DNA of 64,000 bases. It comes from an uncultured delta proteobacterium. Its GTDB lineage: Bacteria > Desulfobacterota > Binatia > Binatales > Binataceae. The translations under genes were made by a program, and so were the position numbers. Below the pieces are notes generated by a model that was given only the letters and a program-made list of their open reading frames with translations, did not search any database and was not told the origin of the DNA. Where the stretch lies: assembly GCA_963842085.1 (NCBI GenBank), contig CAWJET010000002.1:416001-480000 (forward strand), read 5' to 3'. This document shows positions 19,890 to 32,190 of the stretch, piece by piece. Positions within the stretch are counted from its first letter, which is position 1; every line of letters starts with the position of its first letter.

Positions 19890-21053
19890 ATGCGAAATGT
19901 TTATGTTCTCGGAACCGGGATGATCAAGTTTGGACGCTATCCCGAGAAGACCGTTCCGGAACTCGGCGGCCAGGCGGCGATCCTCGCGCTCAAGGATGCC
20001 GGAATCGGAATCAAGGACGTTGAGATGTTCGCCTGCGGAAATCTCTACCAGTCCAACGCCATGGTCGGGCAGAGAATCCTGCAGCAAATAGGCCAGACCG
20101 GAATCCCGGTGATCAACGTCGCTAACGCATGCGCCACCGGCTCGACGGCGTTTCGCGAGGCGTACATGTCGGTAGCGGCCGGGATGTACGACATCGCGAT
20201 GGCGGTCGGTGTCGAGCAGATGGGCAAGGCGGGATTGCTCGGCGGCGGCGGCGGCGGCGGCGATCCCGCGTACCTGACCGAGGGCAAGGTCGGCTCGGGC
20301 CTGATGCCCGCCGTGTTCGGCCAGGCGGGCATCGAGCACATGCGCAAGTACGGCACCAAGCTGGAGCACTTCGCGAAGATCTCGGTGAAGTCGCACAAGC
20401 ATGCAACCAAGAATCCGTTCTCGCAGTATCGCAACGAAGTCTCGCTCGAAGACGTGATGAATGCGCGCATGGTCGCCTATCCCAACACCCTTTATATGTG
20501 TTGCCCGACAGGTGACGGCGCGGCGGCGGCGATCCTGGTCAGCGAGGACAAGCTGAAACAGCTCGCCGGCGGACGCAAGCGCGCGAAAGTGGCGGCCTCC
20601 GTGTTGACCTCCGATCCTTGGACCGATCGCGACCTCACGCTGCCCGACGTCAGCACGCTCACGCGGCGCGCGTCGAAGCAGGCCTACGAGAAGGCCGGCA
20701 TCGGGCCCAAGGATATGGCCCTTACCGAATTGCATGACTGCTTCGCCACGGCAGAACTGGTGCATTACGAGAACCTCGGACTGTGCGGCGATGGCGAAGC
20801 CGGCAAGTTCATCGACTCGGGCGGCGGCATGCATCCGAGCCTGGGCGGCCATGACCCGGTCAACGTTTCGGGCGGATTGCTCTCGAAGGGTCATCCTCTC
20901 GGCGCGACCGGCGTCGCGAATATCTGCGAGGTGGTCTGGCACCTGACCCAGGACGATCGCGCGAAAGATCGCCAAGTGCCTAACGCCAAGGCGGGCCAGG
21001 CCCACGTAATCGGGCTGGGTTCCGCCTGCACGATCCACATCCTGACCGTATAA
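19890..21053 (+). CDS. SCP2-type thiolase family protein
   Basis: NACATG, ELHDCF, NVSGGLLSKGHPLGATG. Confidence 0.92.
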   Translation: MRNVYVLGTGMIKFGRYPEKTVPELGGQAAILALKDAGIGIKDVEMFACGNLYQSNAMVGQRILQQIGQTGIPVINVANACATGSTAFREAYMSVAAGMYDIAMAVGVEQMGKAGLLGGGGGGGDPAYLTEGKVGSGLMPAVFGQAGIEHMRKYGTKLEHFAKISVKSHKHATKNPFSQYRNEVSLEDVMNARMVAYPNTLYMCCPTGDGAAAAILVSEDKLKQLAGGRKRAKVAASVLTSDPWTDRDLTLPDVSTLTRRASKQAYEKAGIGPKDMALTELHDCFATAELVHYENLGLCGDGEAGKFIDSGGGMHPSLGGHDPVNVSGGLLSKGHPLGATGVANICEVVWHLTQDDRAKDRQVPNAKAGQAHVIGLGSACTIHILTV

Positions 21054-21087
21054 TTCAGGAACCAACGCCTAATCGGCACTTCGAGAG

Positions 21088-21119
21088 AGGGCCGCCCAAA
21101 CAGGCGGCCCTTTTTCTTT
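21088..21119 (+). terminator. Intrinsic terminator
   Basis: AGGGCCGCC / GGCGGCCCT stem followed by TTTTCTTT. Confidence 0.8.
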
Positions 21120-21167
21120 CCCGGTTGGGCCGATAAATTTGACGGACCGGAAGAACGAACAACCAAA

Positions 21168-22049
21168 ATGGCGAATCAGGAAATATCGACGGCTGAACGA
21201 CTCGGCTACGCGGCGGACGCGCGCGTGCTCATCCTCAATGCGGACGATTTCGGCATGTGCCACGATCAGAACGAAGGCGTCATCACCGGCCTGAAGGCGG
21301 GCGTGTTCACCTCGTCGACGATCCTCGTGACGTGTCCGTGGTTCGAGGAGGCAGCAGAGTTCGCGCGCAATAATCCCGGCGCCGACCTGGGCGTGCATCT
21401 CACGCTTACCGCGGAATGGGACAGCTACAAGTGGGGACCCGTATCGGCACGGCACGCAGTGCCGACGCTCGTCGACGAGCGCGGCTACCTGTGGCAGACC
21501 GTCGCGCAGGTCTACGAGCATGCGCGCCTCGCCGAGGCGGAGGCTGAGCTCCGCGCGCAGATCGAAAAGGCGCTGGCGGCGGGAATCGACGTGACTCATC
21601 TCGATTCGCACATGGGCACCCTGCAACTGCGCGCCGACTATCACGAGATTTACGCGCGCCTGGCCGACGAGTATCGCGTGCCGATCAGGCTGGCGTCGCG
21701 CAGCTGGATGCGCACCGAAGAGATGGGGATGGGCGCGATTCTCGATCAGCTCGACACAGCCGGCGTGGTCACGCCCGATCACCTCGTGTTCAACGGGCCA
21801 GAGTCGGTGGCGGAGACCGAGTCCTACTGGTCGAATCTTATTCGCACGCTGAAGCCGGGGGTGACCGAGATTCTGTGCCATCCGGCGTTCGCGCGCGACG
21901 AACTGAAGAGTTGCGCGCGCGACGCTTTCCAGCGCGAAGCTGATTTCCGCTACTTCACTTCGGACGAAGCGCGCAAACTGCTCGGGGATGAGGGCGTCGA
22001 ACTCGCCGGCTTCCGCAAACTGCGCGACCTGCAGCGCGCCAAGAATTGA
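21168..22049 (+). CDS. YdjC/ChbG family carbohydrate deacetylase
   Basis: NADDFG, GVHLTL, THLDSHMG, EILCHP. Confidence 0.9.
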   Translation: MANQEISTAERLGYAADARVLILNADDFGMCHDQNEGVITGLKAGVFTSSTILVTCPWFEEAAEFARNNPGADLGVHLTLTAEWDSYKWGPVSARHAVPTLVDERGYLWQTVAQVYEHARLAEAEAELRAQIEKALAAGIDVTHLDSHMGTLQLRADYHEIYARLADEYRVPIRLASRSWMRTEEMGMGAILDQLDTAGVVTPDHLVFNGPESVAETESYWSNLIRTLKPGVTEILCHPAFARDELKSCARDAFQREADFRYFTSDEARKLLGDEGVELAGFRKLRDLQRAKN

Positions 22050-22063
22050 ACGCGTGTAACAAG

Positions 22064-23320
22064 GTGGAACTGACACGACTTAGAGGATTTCGAGATATCA
22101 TCGGCGCCGACGCGCGTGCGCTGAGCCTCATCGAGGAGCGGGCGCGCGCGTTGGTCGAGCGCTACTCGATGAAAGAGATCCGCGTTCCGGTGCTGGAGCG
22201 CACCCAACTCTACCTGCGCTCGACCGGCGAAACCTCGGACATCGTCGAAAAGCAGATGTACACGTTCACCGATCGCGACGAAGGCGAAACGGTCGTCGCG
22301 CTCCGGCCCGAAGGTACGCCCGGCGTGGTGCGCGCCTACCTCGAGGCCGGGTTCGATCGCACCGAGCCCGAGCAGAGGCTGTTCTATTCGGGTCCGATGT
22401 TCCGCCGCGAACGTCCGCAGAAGGGCCGCTATCGCCAGTTCTATCAGTTCGGCGTCGAGGTTTTCGGCCGTCCCGACGCAGCCTGCGACGCCGAGTTGCT
22501 GATGATGATCGATGAACTTTGTCGCGGGCTGAAAGTTCCGTTCACGATGGAAATCAATTCGATCGGCGACCAGAAGTGCCGGCCGGCCTTTCGCAGTGCG
22601 CTCGTCGAATGGGGTCGCGCGCACTGGGACCAGCTCTGCGACGACTGCCACAGCCGCATCGACCGTAATCCGCTGCGCCTGCTCGACTGCAAAATTGACG
22701 CGAAGCTCGCGGAGTCGGCGCCCAACAGCCTCGATTACCTGTGCCAGGAATGCCGCGCGCACTTCGACACCGTCAAGGATCTGCTCTCCGCCGCTAACGT
22801 GCGGTTCATCGTCAATCCACGGATGGTGCGGGGCCTGGACTACTACACGCGCACCGCGTTCGAGGTGATGGCGGGGGGGCTCGGCGCCCAGAGCACGGTC
22901 GTGGCGGGCGGGCGCTACGATGGACTGGTCGAGACGATGGGCGGCGCGGCGGTTGCGGGAATCGGTTTTGCGATCGGTGTCGATCGAATGGCGCTGGCTC
23001 TGGAAGCGGCTGGTGTGCTGCCAGCCGTAACCCCCGATGCCGTCGTCATCGCGATGGGACCCGCGGCGATGCGCAAGGCGATCGTCGTCGCACGCGATTT
23101 GCGCGCCCTGGGCTTCAATGTCGAGGTGCTTTCGCCGGAGCGAAAAATGAAGGCGTTGCTCGGACGCGCATCGAAGCTCGGCGCGCGGTTCGCAGTTATC
23201 ATTGGCGAAGACGAATTGTCACGGGGAATCGTGCAACTCCGCGACCTCGAACAAAGCATCCAGCGCGAATATGAGCTTGCGGCTGCGTTTGAGCTGATCG
23301 CGGGAGCTAAACCCAAGTGA
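22064..23320 (+). CDS. hisS: Histidine--tRNA ligase
   Basis: LRPEGT, FRRERPQKGRYRQFYQ, VRGLDYY, GGRYDGL. Confidence 0.97.
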   Translation: MELTRLRGFRDIIGADARALSLIEERARALVERYSMKEIRVPVLERTQLYLRSTGETSDIVEKQMYTFTDRDEGETVVALRPEGTPGVVRAYLEAGFDRTEPEQRLFYSGPMFRRERPQKGRYRQFYQFGVEVFGRPDAACDAELLMMIDELCRGLKVPFTMEINSIGDQKCRPAFRSALVEWGRAHWDQLCDDCHSRIDRNPLRLLDCKIDAKLAESAPNSLDYLCQECRAHFDTVKDLLSAANVRFIVNPRMVRGLDYYTRTAFEVMAGGLGAQSTVVAGGRYDGLVETMGGAAVAGIGFAIGVDRMALALEAAGVLPAVTPDAVVIAMGPAAMRKAIVVARDLRALGFNVEVLSPERKMKALLGRASKLGARFAVIIGEDELSRGIVQLRDLEQSIQREYELAAAFELIAGAKPK

Positions 23321-23386
23321 CTGTTTCTTGCGCCTTCAGGCACAGGTATTCTTCGACCACAAGCGGCCTTCAACTGTGAACAGGTA

Positions 23387-25176
<1,790 letters not shown>

Positions 25177-25180
<4 letters not shown>

Positions 25181-25971
25181 AAGCGGCTTGGGCGAGGGCG
25201 GCGGCGCGGCTGGCGCTGGTGTGCGCGGCGCTCTCGCTGGCGGCGGGATGCACCGCGATCGCGGCGGACGCGGTTAACTCCACTACCGGGGCGGTAAGCG
25301 ACGCAATCAACCAGCGCGACGTGAAGGCGCATGCGGTGCGCTCGATCAAAACCGTCGCCATCAATCGTATCGCTGTGATGCCGCTGGTCGATGCGGCCCC
25401 GGGCGGTGGCGAGCCACTGGCTCCAGGAGCCTCTGAGGCGGTTAGCGCCGAGCTTTACGGCCAGGTCGCGCTGGCCGGTGGATGGGATACGATCCCCGAG
25501 CAGGACGTCGACAATGCGATGCAGAAGATGCCGCCGACCACGCTCGGCAACCTCGATGAAAATGCGCTCAGGCTGGGCCATGACGTGTCGGCCGACGGCG
25601 TAATCTACGGCACGGTCGAGCGTTACAAGGAACGCGTCGGGATGGATTACTCGGCGGCAAGTCCGGCGTCGGTGGCGTTCACGCTCAAGTTCGTCGATCT
25701 GAAGAGCAAGCAAATCGTCTGGACCGCAAAGTTTGCCAAGTCGCAAGCGGCGTTGAGCCAGAATCTTTTCGACCTCGCCAATTTCGTGCAACGTTCCGGA
25801 CGCTGGGTGCGCGCCAATGAAATCGCCCAGGAAGGCGTCAAGGAAGCGGTCGCCGATCTTCACGGCGATCTCAATCTGAGCCAGAACGTCAAGCGCTTCG
25901 AAACCGGCACCTACGGCGAACTCAAGTCCGGGCAGCAGCGCTACAACACGGGGCCCAACGGGATGTATTAG
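25177..25971 (+). CDS. Putative lipoprotein (CsgG/GNA1162-like fold suspected)
   Basis: Lipobox LAAGC; RIAVMPL, ADGVIYGTV; overlaps the aspS stop (ATGA). Confidence 0.7.
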
Positions 25972-25972
25972 G

Positions 25973-27079
25973 CTATTCCCAGGGCGAGTGCGGCTTCATC
26001 TTGAGCGCTTGCGCCACTGCCGGATGCACGATGTGGCCGTCGAAGGTGTTCAGTCCGTGGCGAATAGCCTGGCTGTGCAGCCCGGCTTCGAGAATCCCGC
26101 GATCCGCAATCTCGAGCGCATAGGTCAGCGTCGCATTGGTGAGCGCGTAGGTTGAAGTGTGCGGCACCATCGCCGGCATGTTCGTGACGCAGTAGTGCAC
26201 GACCCCGTTGCGAATGAAGGTTGGTCGCGCGTGCGTGGTCGGCGCGGAGGTCTCCGCGATGCCGCCCTGGTCGATCGATAAATCTACGATCGCCGCGCCG
26301 CGCCGCATCCGCCCAACCATCTTTGCGCTGAGCAGCCGCGGCGTACGCGCGCCCGGGACCAGCACCGCGCCAATCAACAGGTCGCAGTTGGTGACTTCCT
26401 CGTCCAGCGTCGCGCGATTCGACATCACGGTGGTCACGCGCCCGCCCAGCAGGTCGCTTAGATAGCGCAGTCTGGTTGGATTGATATCCAGGATCGTCAC
26501 CTCGGCACCGATGCCGGCCGCCACCCGGCATGCGTTCAGCCCGGAGATTCCCCCGCCGACAACGACGACCTTGCCGGGCCGCACACCCGGCGCTCCGCTG
26601 AGCAGCACGCCGCGGCCGCCGCTGCGCGCCTGCAGGCACCAGGAGCCGGCCTGGATCGCAAGCCGGCCCGCGACCTCGCTCATCGGCGCGAGCAGCGGCA
26701 GGCTCGAGTCCTCGAGCTGGATCGTTTCGTACCCAACCGCTGTCACGCGCCGGCGAATCAGCTCGCGCGAAAGACGCGAGTCCGCAGCGAGATGAAGATA
26801 GGTAAAAACGATCAAGCCCGGACGCATCAGCGAATATTCCCGCGGTTGCGGTTCCTTGACCTTCAGGATCATCTCGGTGCGGCGCCACACCCCGGCCGCG
26901 CCGGTTACGATCGATGCGCCGGCCTTGCGGTAGTCGCTGTCGGCAAATCCGCTGCCGACGCCGGCGCCGGCCTGGACCACCACACGATGCCCGTGCGTGC
27001 GCAGCGCGGCCACTCCCGCCGGCGTCAACGAGACGCGCCGCTCGTCGGATTTAATTTCGGTGGGAATTCCGACATTCAT
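25973..27079 (-). CDS. ald: Alanine dehydrogenase
   Basis: GIPTEIK..ERRVSLTP, KVKEP, FTYLHLA, LLAPMSEVAG, YCVTNMPA. Confidence 0.96.
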   Translation of the reverse strand: MNVGIPTEIKSDERRVSLTPAGVAALRTHGHRVVVQAGAGVGSGFADSDYRKAGASIVTGAAGVWRRTEMILKVKEPQPREYSLMRPGLIVFTYLHLAADSRLSRELIRRRVTAVGYETIQLEDSSLPLLAPMSEVAGRLAIQAGSWCLQARSGGRGVLLSGAPGVRPGKVVVVGGGISGLNACRVAAGIGAEVTILDINPTRLRYLSDLLGGRVTTVMSNRATLDEEVTNCDLLIGAVLVPGARTPRLLSAKMVGRMRRGAAIVDLSIDQGGIAETSAPTTHARPTFIRNGVVHYCVTNMPAMVPHTSTYALTNATLTYALEIADRGILEAGLHSQAIRHGLNTFDGHIVHPAVAQALKMKPHSPWE

Positions 27080-27360
27080 GCTGATGGGTCCTCCGCCGCT
27101 ACCTGAACAATCTTTTGGTCGCGCCCGGTCTCGACGATACGGCGCGTGCCGAGCCGCTGGCAATCGCGGCCCGACGAGCCCGCTAACGCCATCGACGCGC
27201 GACAGTCAAGAGTCAATCACCTGATCGATGCTGATGATGGTGCGCTCCGGAACTTGACAAGACTAACTCCACCGCGCTTCATGAGCATTGATGTGATCGT
27301 GATCGGGTCTGGCGCGCGGCGGCCGCAAAAAGCGCGACGCTCACGATTTCGGGAGGAGTC

Positions 27361-27750
27361 ATGGAGATCCCGCAGGGGTTCAAATATTCGAAGGAGCATG
27401 AATGGGTCGTGACCGAAGACAGCGTTGCGACCGTTGGAATCACCGATCACGCGCAGGACCAGTTGGGCGAGATCGTTTACATCGAATTGCCTGCAGTCGG
27501 GGACAAGATCAGCAAGGACGACCCGTTCGGCGTGGTCGAGTCGGTCAAGGCGGTCTCGGATATCTACGCGCCCGTCACCGGCACCGTCATCGAGATCAAC
27601 GAAGACCTGCCCGAGAGTCCCGAAACGGTCAACGAAGATCCGTACGGCGATGGGTGGCTGATCAAGGTGAAGATCACCGACATGAGCGACCTCGAAGACC
27701 TGATGGACGCCGACGAATACGCGGAACTGCTCGCGCGCGAGAAGGAATAA
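27361..27750 (+). CDS. gcvH: Glycine cleavage H protein
   Basis: YSKEHEW, GITDHAQDQLG, VESVKAVSD lipoyl-Lys, NEDPYGDGW. Confidence 0.96.
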   Translation: MEIPQGFKYSKEHEWVVTEDSVATVGITDHAQDQLGEIVYIELPAVGDKISKDDPFGVVESVKAVSDIYAPVTGTVIEINEDLPESPETVNEDPYGDGWLIKVKITDMSDLEDLMDADEYAELLAREKE

Positions 27751-27766
27751 TCGCCGCGGCTGCGAT

Positions 27767-29134
27767 TCAGCCCGGCGGTATCGAAGGGGCGCCGGGATCG
27801 GGAGCGCTCGCCGCCGCCACGGCCTTCGACACCGAGATTCTGATTTTGCCGGCGCCCGCGGGAGGATTGATGAATACCATCAGGAACGGCGCGGAGGCCG
27901 ACGGATTCATCGCGAACGCCTTCTGCGGACTCAACCCCTGAGAGAATTCGATTTCGCGCGGCGTCATCTCGCCGAGCATCTTGGCCGAGAGCTCGTTGCC
28001 GCAATAGACGCTCTGGCGGTCGAGTGGATGCGCGCCGTCGCCGATCAGATCGGCGTCGATCTGGACCAGGTGCAGCGGGCGGGTCCCGACGTTTTCCGCA
28101 TTACCGGTTACCACCAACGCGATGTGGCCATCCTTGAGCGTGTAATACTCCGAGCGGACGCCGTGCAGCGCCACCAGCATCGCGGGTACAATTGGCCGCG
28201 CGAAGTAACCGCCGATTCGCGGCGCCTGGCTGAGAATGCGCGCGCTGGCGGCGGGCGCGTCGCAGATGAGCGCGCTCGCACCGAGAAAGACTGCCGCAAT
28301 GAAGAAAAACATCGCGAGAAAGAATCCCGACGCATGAGTCCCGCCGGCTGCCGCCGTATCGACCCTGTCGTCACCGGCCTGACCCAGTTGGAATCCCGCG
28401 GCTTTCGCCCGCGGTGCGAATCGAGGCGCCGGAGCGCGCAGCGGCGCAGCTACACGGGGCACCGGAGTGGCCGCCGGGGGCGGAGCGGGTTCCGGCTCAT
28501 CGATCAACCTCGGCGCCTGGCGAAGCGGTGCGGATTCGAACTCAGCCGCCGTATCGCCCACCTGCCATCCGCCGTCGTCGGGCTCGAGGCGCTCGACGAG
28601 CTCGCGCTCCGGCGCCGCGTCGGCGATTTCAGCGCGTTCGTCGCTGAAATCGAATCTCAGGTTTTCTCCAGTGTCAGCTTTCTGCTCGCGATCGCCGAAG
28701 GTGCGGTCGAGCGGATCGTCGGCCTTCGGTTCGTTCCGTTCGTTTTCGGATCGAGCCTGGGGCTGTTGCGGCGGCGGCTCGGGTATGCTGCGCTCGATGG
28801 ACTCGTGTTGCTCCGCGGCCGAGGGTTGGGCGCGAAGTTCCGGTTCGGCCGCGATCGTGGGCCGCGGCTCCGCGCTGTGCTCGCGTTTGACTACGTCGCT
28901 TTCGACCGGCGACTTGAGCGCGCCCGGACGCGGGCGCGCCGCGCGGATTGTGCGCAGCGGCGGCGATTCGCTCTCGGTGGCTGGTGGAGCCGGTTTGCGC
29001 ACTCTGGCTGGAACCGGGGCGGCGTTGAACACGTGGCCGCATCGCGAGCACTTGAAGGTCGGTGTATCGTCGGGCAGGACCCGCTCATCGATCCGGTAAC
29101 GGGTGTGGCAACTGGTGCATTGAATTTCGATCAT
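27767..29134 (-). CDS. MJ0042-type zinc-ribbon membrane protein with DUF3426-like C-terminus
   Basis: CTSCHTRY...CSRCGHVF, Pro/Glu-rich linker, one TM segment, periplasmic domain. Confidence 0.8.
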   Translation of the reverse strand: MIEIQCTSCHTRYRIDERVLPDDTPTFKCSRCGHVFNAAPVPARVRKPAPPATESESPPLRTIRAARPRPGALKSPVESDVVKREHSAEPRPTIAAEPELRAQPSAAEQHESIERSIPEPPPQQPQARSENERNEPKADDPLDRTFGDREQKADTGENLRFDFSDERAEIADAAPERELVERLEPDDGGWQVGDTAAEFESAPLRQAPRLIDEPEPAPPPAATPVPRVAAPLRAPAPRFAPRAKAAGFQLGQAGDDRVDTAAAGGTHASGFFLAMFFFIAAVFLGASALICDAPAASARILSQAPRIGGYFARPIVPAMLVALHGVRSEYYTLKDGHIALVVTGNAENVGTRPLHLVQIDADLIGDGAHPLDRQSVYCGNELSAKMLGEMTPREIEFSQGLSPQKAFAMNPSASAPFLMVFINPPAGAGKIRISVSKAVAAASAPDPGAPSIPPG

Positions 29135-29244
29135 TCCCCCACCTCACATCCCACCCAAAAAATTATCACACGGCAAAGGGTCGCGCATCTTTGGTGCGCG
29201 CCGCGCCAAATCCTTCCGACGCCGGTTCCACGGAGCGTCATTCA

Positions 29245-30369
29245 ATGCGAATAGCGATTCTCGCGCGCCGTTTCGATAGCGCCGGCGGCGGCACCGAGCG
29301 CGATCTGATCGTTACGGCGCAGTGCCTGCGCGCGGCGGGGCATCAAATTACGATTTTCGCTGACGAGCTCCGCGGCGCGACCGGCGACTGGGACGTTCGT
29401 TGCGTCGGCGTGGGCCCAAGGCTGGGACGCGCGCTGTCCCTGATGCGATTCGCATGGACTGCGGCGCCCGCGGCGCGCCGCGCGGGAGCCGACCTGGTGC
29501 TGAGCTTCGCCCGATGCGTTGGTGCGGACGTGATTCGCTCCGGCGGCGGCGCGCATGCCAGTTACCTCCGCGCGGCGCGAAAATGGCGCGGCGCGGTCGG
29601 CGCGTCCGCGATGCGCCTCAGCCCGTATCATCAGGTGCAGATGCTCGTCGAGCGCCAGGCCTTCCGCAGTCCCGGGCTCAGGCGCGCGGTCGCGGTGTCG
29701 AATTTCGTTCGCGACGATCTGATCCGGGAATTCGGCCTCGCGCCCGAAAAAACGATCACGATTTACAACGGCGTCGATCTCGACCGCTTCCGGCCCGCGT
29801 CCGATCCGTCGGAGCGCGCGGCTATCCGCCGGAAGTTTGTCGTTCCGGCCGGCGCGCGTGTAATCGCTTTCGTCGGCAACGGCTTCGCGCGCAAGGGGCT
29901 GGGATTTCTCCTCGAAGCATGGCCGTTGGTCGCCGGCGGCGCGTTTCTGCTGGTGGTTGGCGCGGATAGACAGACCGACAAATTCGCGCGCCGGGCAAAT
30001 GCTCTCAATGTTGGCGCCCGAGTAGTCTTCACGGGTCCGCAACCCGACGTTGCGGCGATCTTCCACGCGGCGGACGCTTTTGCGATGCCGTCGCTGTTCG
30101 AGCCGTTCGGCAACGTCGTGATGGAAGCGATGGCGAGTGGATTGCCCGCGATGACCAGCGCATTCTCGGGTGTTGCGGAGTTGCTCCCGCCCTCGATGCG
30201 TGGGTTTCGAGTCGAGAACCCCGACGATGTGGGCGAGGTCGCGCTTCGTCTCGGCGCCTTGTTCGACGCACCTGCAAGTCTTGGCCGCGAGGCCCGCGCG
30301 ACGGCCGAGAAATTCACCTGGACACGCTATGCAGAAGAATTGAACGCGCTGCTTGAATCAATAGGCTAG
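29245..30369 (+). CDS. Glycosyltransferase family 4 (WaaG/RfaG-like)
   Basis: GGTER, IYNGVD, FARKGL, EPFGNVVMEAMASG. Confidence 0.9.
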   Translation: MRIAILARRFDSAGGGTERDLIVTAQCLRAAGHQITIFADELRGATGDWDVRCVGVGPRLGRALSLMRFAWTAAPAARRAGADLVLSFARCVGADVIRSGGGAHASYLRAARKWRGAVGASAMRLSPYHQVQMLVERQAFRSPGLRRAVAVSNFVRDDLIREFGLAPEKTITIYNGVDLDRFRPASDPSERAAIRRKFVVPAGARVIAFVGNGFARKGLGFLLEAWPLVAGGAFLLVVGADRQTDKFARRANALNVGARVVFTGPQPDVAAIFHAADAFAMPSLFEPFGNVVMEAMASGLPAMTSAFSGVAELLPPSMRGFRVENPDDVGEVALRLGALFDAPASLGREARATAEKFTWTRYAEELNALLESIG

Positions 30370-30385
30370 GGCGCGCGGCGCGCTT

Positions 30386-31231
30386 CTAGCCGCCGAGACC
30401 GTCCAACATTCCGCGCGCGATTGCGAGCCTGCGTTCCTCGCGCGCGATTCGCGGCAGGCCGGCGCGCGTAAGCTGCGCGATTCGGAGCCGCGCCAGCGCG
30501 ATCGCATTTTTTATAATCACGTCGGCAGTGGAATGCTTCTCGTGCAGCATCCGGCACCGCCCGCGCTCGCGCGCAATCCTGATGAATCGTTCGCGATTCG
30601 CGCGCGCGGCATCCACTTCGTGATAGACGAGCGCCCTTGGCGCGTATCCGATTCGAAAGCCCGCACGACGCAACCGCTGCGACATCTCGGTTTCCTCCTC
30701 ATGCCCGCCGGCGCCCGGACCAAGGCGCTCGTCGAACGGCCCGACTTGCCGCAGCGCGTCCGCGCGAAAAGCCATATTCGCGCCAAGCACTCCTCGCACC
30801 TCGACTACTTGGTCGCCGTGGTCGGCGATCGGCAGGTCCAGGTACGCGGCCATCGGCCCGATTTTTTTTTCGGGATCTTCGGCCGGAAGGATTCGCCCCT
30901 TCATCGCGGCGAACTCGCGATGGGCGTCAAAGAACTGCTCGACCGCTGCCAGATAGCCCGGCGCCACGACAAGATCGTCGTCGAGGAAAACCAGGATTTC
31001 GCCGTTCGCATCGGCGATGGCGCGATTCTGAATGCGGCATTTCCCCGCGCGAGGTTCGTGCAGATGCTTGAGCGGCGCGCCTTCGAGCGTAAGCTGCATC
31101 GGGGCCGGCGTGCCATTCTCGGCGATGATTATCTCGCGCGCGCCGGTTGCGAGTTCGGGCGCCAGGCTCGCCACCAGCCGCCGAAGCGAGTCGGCCCGGT
31201 TGTGAGTCGCGACGATGACGGACGTCTTCAA
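30386..31231 (-). CDS. Glycosyltransferase family 2
   Basis: SVIVATHNR, FLDDD, GANMAFR, FDERLG. Confidence 0.9.
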   Translation of the reverse strand: MKTSVIVATHNRADSLRRLVASLAPELATGAREIIIAENGTPAPMQLTLEGAPLKHLHEPRAGKCRIQNRAIADANGEILVFLDDDLVVAPGYLAAVEQFFDAHREFAAMKGRILPAEDPEKKIGPMAAYLDLPIADHGDQVVEVRGVLGANMAFRADALRQVGPFDERLGPGAGGHEEETEMSQRLRRAGFRIGYAPRALVYHEVDAARANRERFIRIARERGRCRMLHEKHSTADVIIKNAIALARLRIAQLTRAGLPRIAREERRLAIARGMLDGLGG

Positions 31232-31929
31232 TGCTCTTCGACTTTGCGAAATCGCATGATGATGTTTTCATCCATCAGCAGGCTGGCGCTGGTCATGAAG
31301 CCGAGCAACTCGCGATTGATTTTGCGTTGCGCCGGATCTTTCACGCGCCCATATAGCATCCACGAAAAGCCCGCGATCAGCGGCCACAAGATCGGCGCAA
31401 AGATTCGCGAGCGTAACTTGCGCCGGCTGCGCCCGAGCGCGTCCATCCGCAATCCCGCGCCCCACGCGATCCAATGCAGGTCGTTGAGGCCCATCACGTG
31501 CCAGTTGCGGCCGTCCGCGACCCGGTAGCGGTACGCCAGCGGCGCGCGCCGTCCCTTGTAGTAGCCGCTCAGCAGGTAATGTATTCGCGAGCTGACGTTC
31601 AGGCGATTGGGCGTCGTGACAATCGCGACCGCGCCGGGCCGCAGCACGCGCGCTATCTCTTCGAGCGCTTGCGGGACGTCGGCGAGATGCTCGATCACTT
31701 CGAGCATCATCACCAGGTCGAAGCGCGCCGGCCGAAACGGGAGATCGTGATTGAGGTTGACCGCAACCCAGCCGGGCTTGCGGGTCCGATACTCGGTCGA
31801 TATGACGCGCCATCCGCGCTCCGCAAGGAGACGGCTCGAAAGGCCGTCGCCCGCGCTCAAGTCCAGCGCAAGCGACGACGGCCCCGGCGCCGGCGCAAGC
31901 GCGATCGCGCCGCGAACCCGTTCACTCAT
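31228..31929 (-). CDS. SAM-dependent methyltransferase
   Basis: LDLSAGDG, EVIEHL, RVLRPG, TTPN. Confidence 0.85.
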   Translation of the reverse strand: MSERVRGAIALAPAPGPSSLALDLSAGDGLSSRLLAERGWRVISTEYRTRKPGWVAVNLNHDLPFRPARFDLVMMLEVIEHLADVPQALEEIARVLRPGAVAIVTTPNRLNVSSRIHYLLSGYYKGRRAPLAYRYRVADGRNWHVMGLNDLHWIAWGAGLRMDALGRSRRKLRSRIFAPILWPLIAGFSWMLYGRVKDPAQRKINRELLGFMTSASLLMDENIIMRFRKVEEH

Positions 31930-31938
31930 CGTAACCGG

Positions 31939-31997
31939 AGATTGTGTTTCAATAGCGCCGCGCGCTCAAGCCAGCCGCGAGAGGATCGGAAACCCGT
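31939..31997. repeat. 59-bp direct repeat, copy 1 (contains minus-strand promoter TTGAGC-N17-CACAAT)
   Basis: 55/59 identical to 34936-34994. Confidence 0.9.
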
Positions 31998-32190
31998 GCA
32001 CGGCGCCGATGCGGTGAGCTGGATATGCGATGCCGATGCTGTGGCGTGTTCAGGTTTCAAAACGTGTGTGACTCGCTCGGCATTGACGCGGAGCGATTGC
32101 GCGCGGCTGACCGAGCAACGACGGGCGGCGTGAGCCGAACAACGCCGGTCGTTTCCTCAATCGACGGCGTGAAAAAAATCTAAAGTCTTA

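Noticed and set aside
20241-20261. (GGC)7 tract as a contingency locus
   Set aside because: In-frame poly-Gly loop; slippage would not shift the frame.
27080-27360. Glycine riboswitch upstream of gcvH
   Set aside because: No recognisable aptamer motifs; only a TTGACA promoter-like element.
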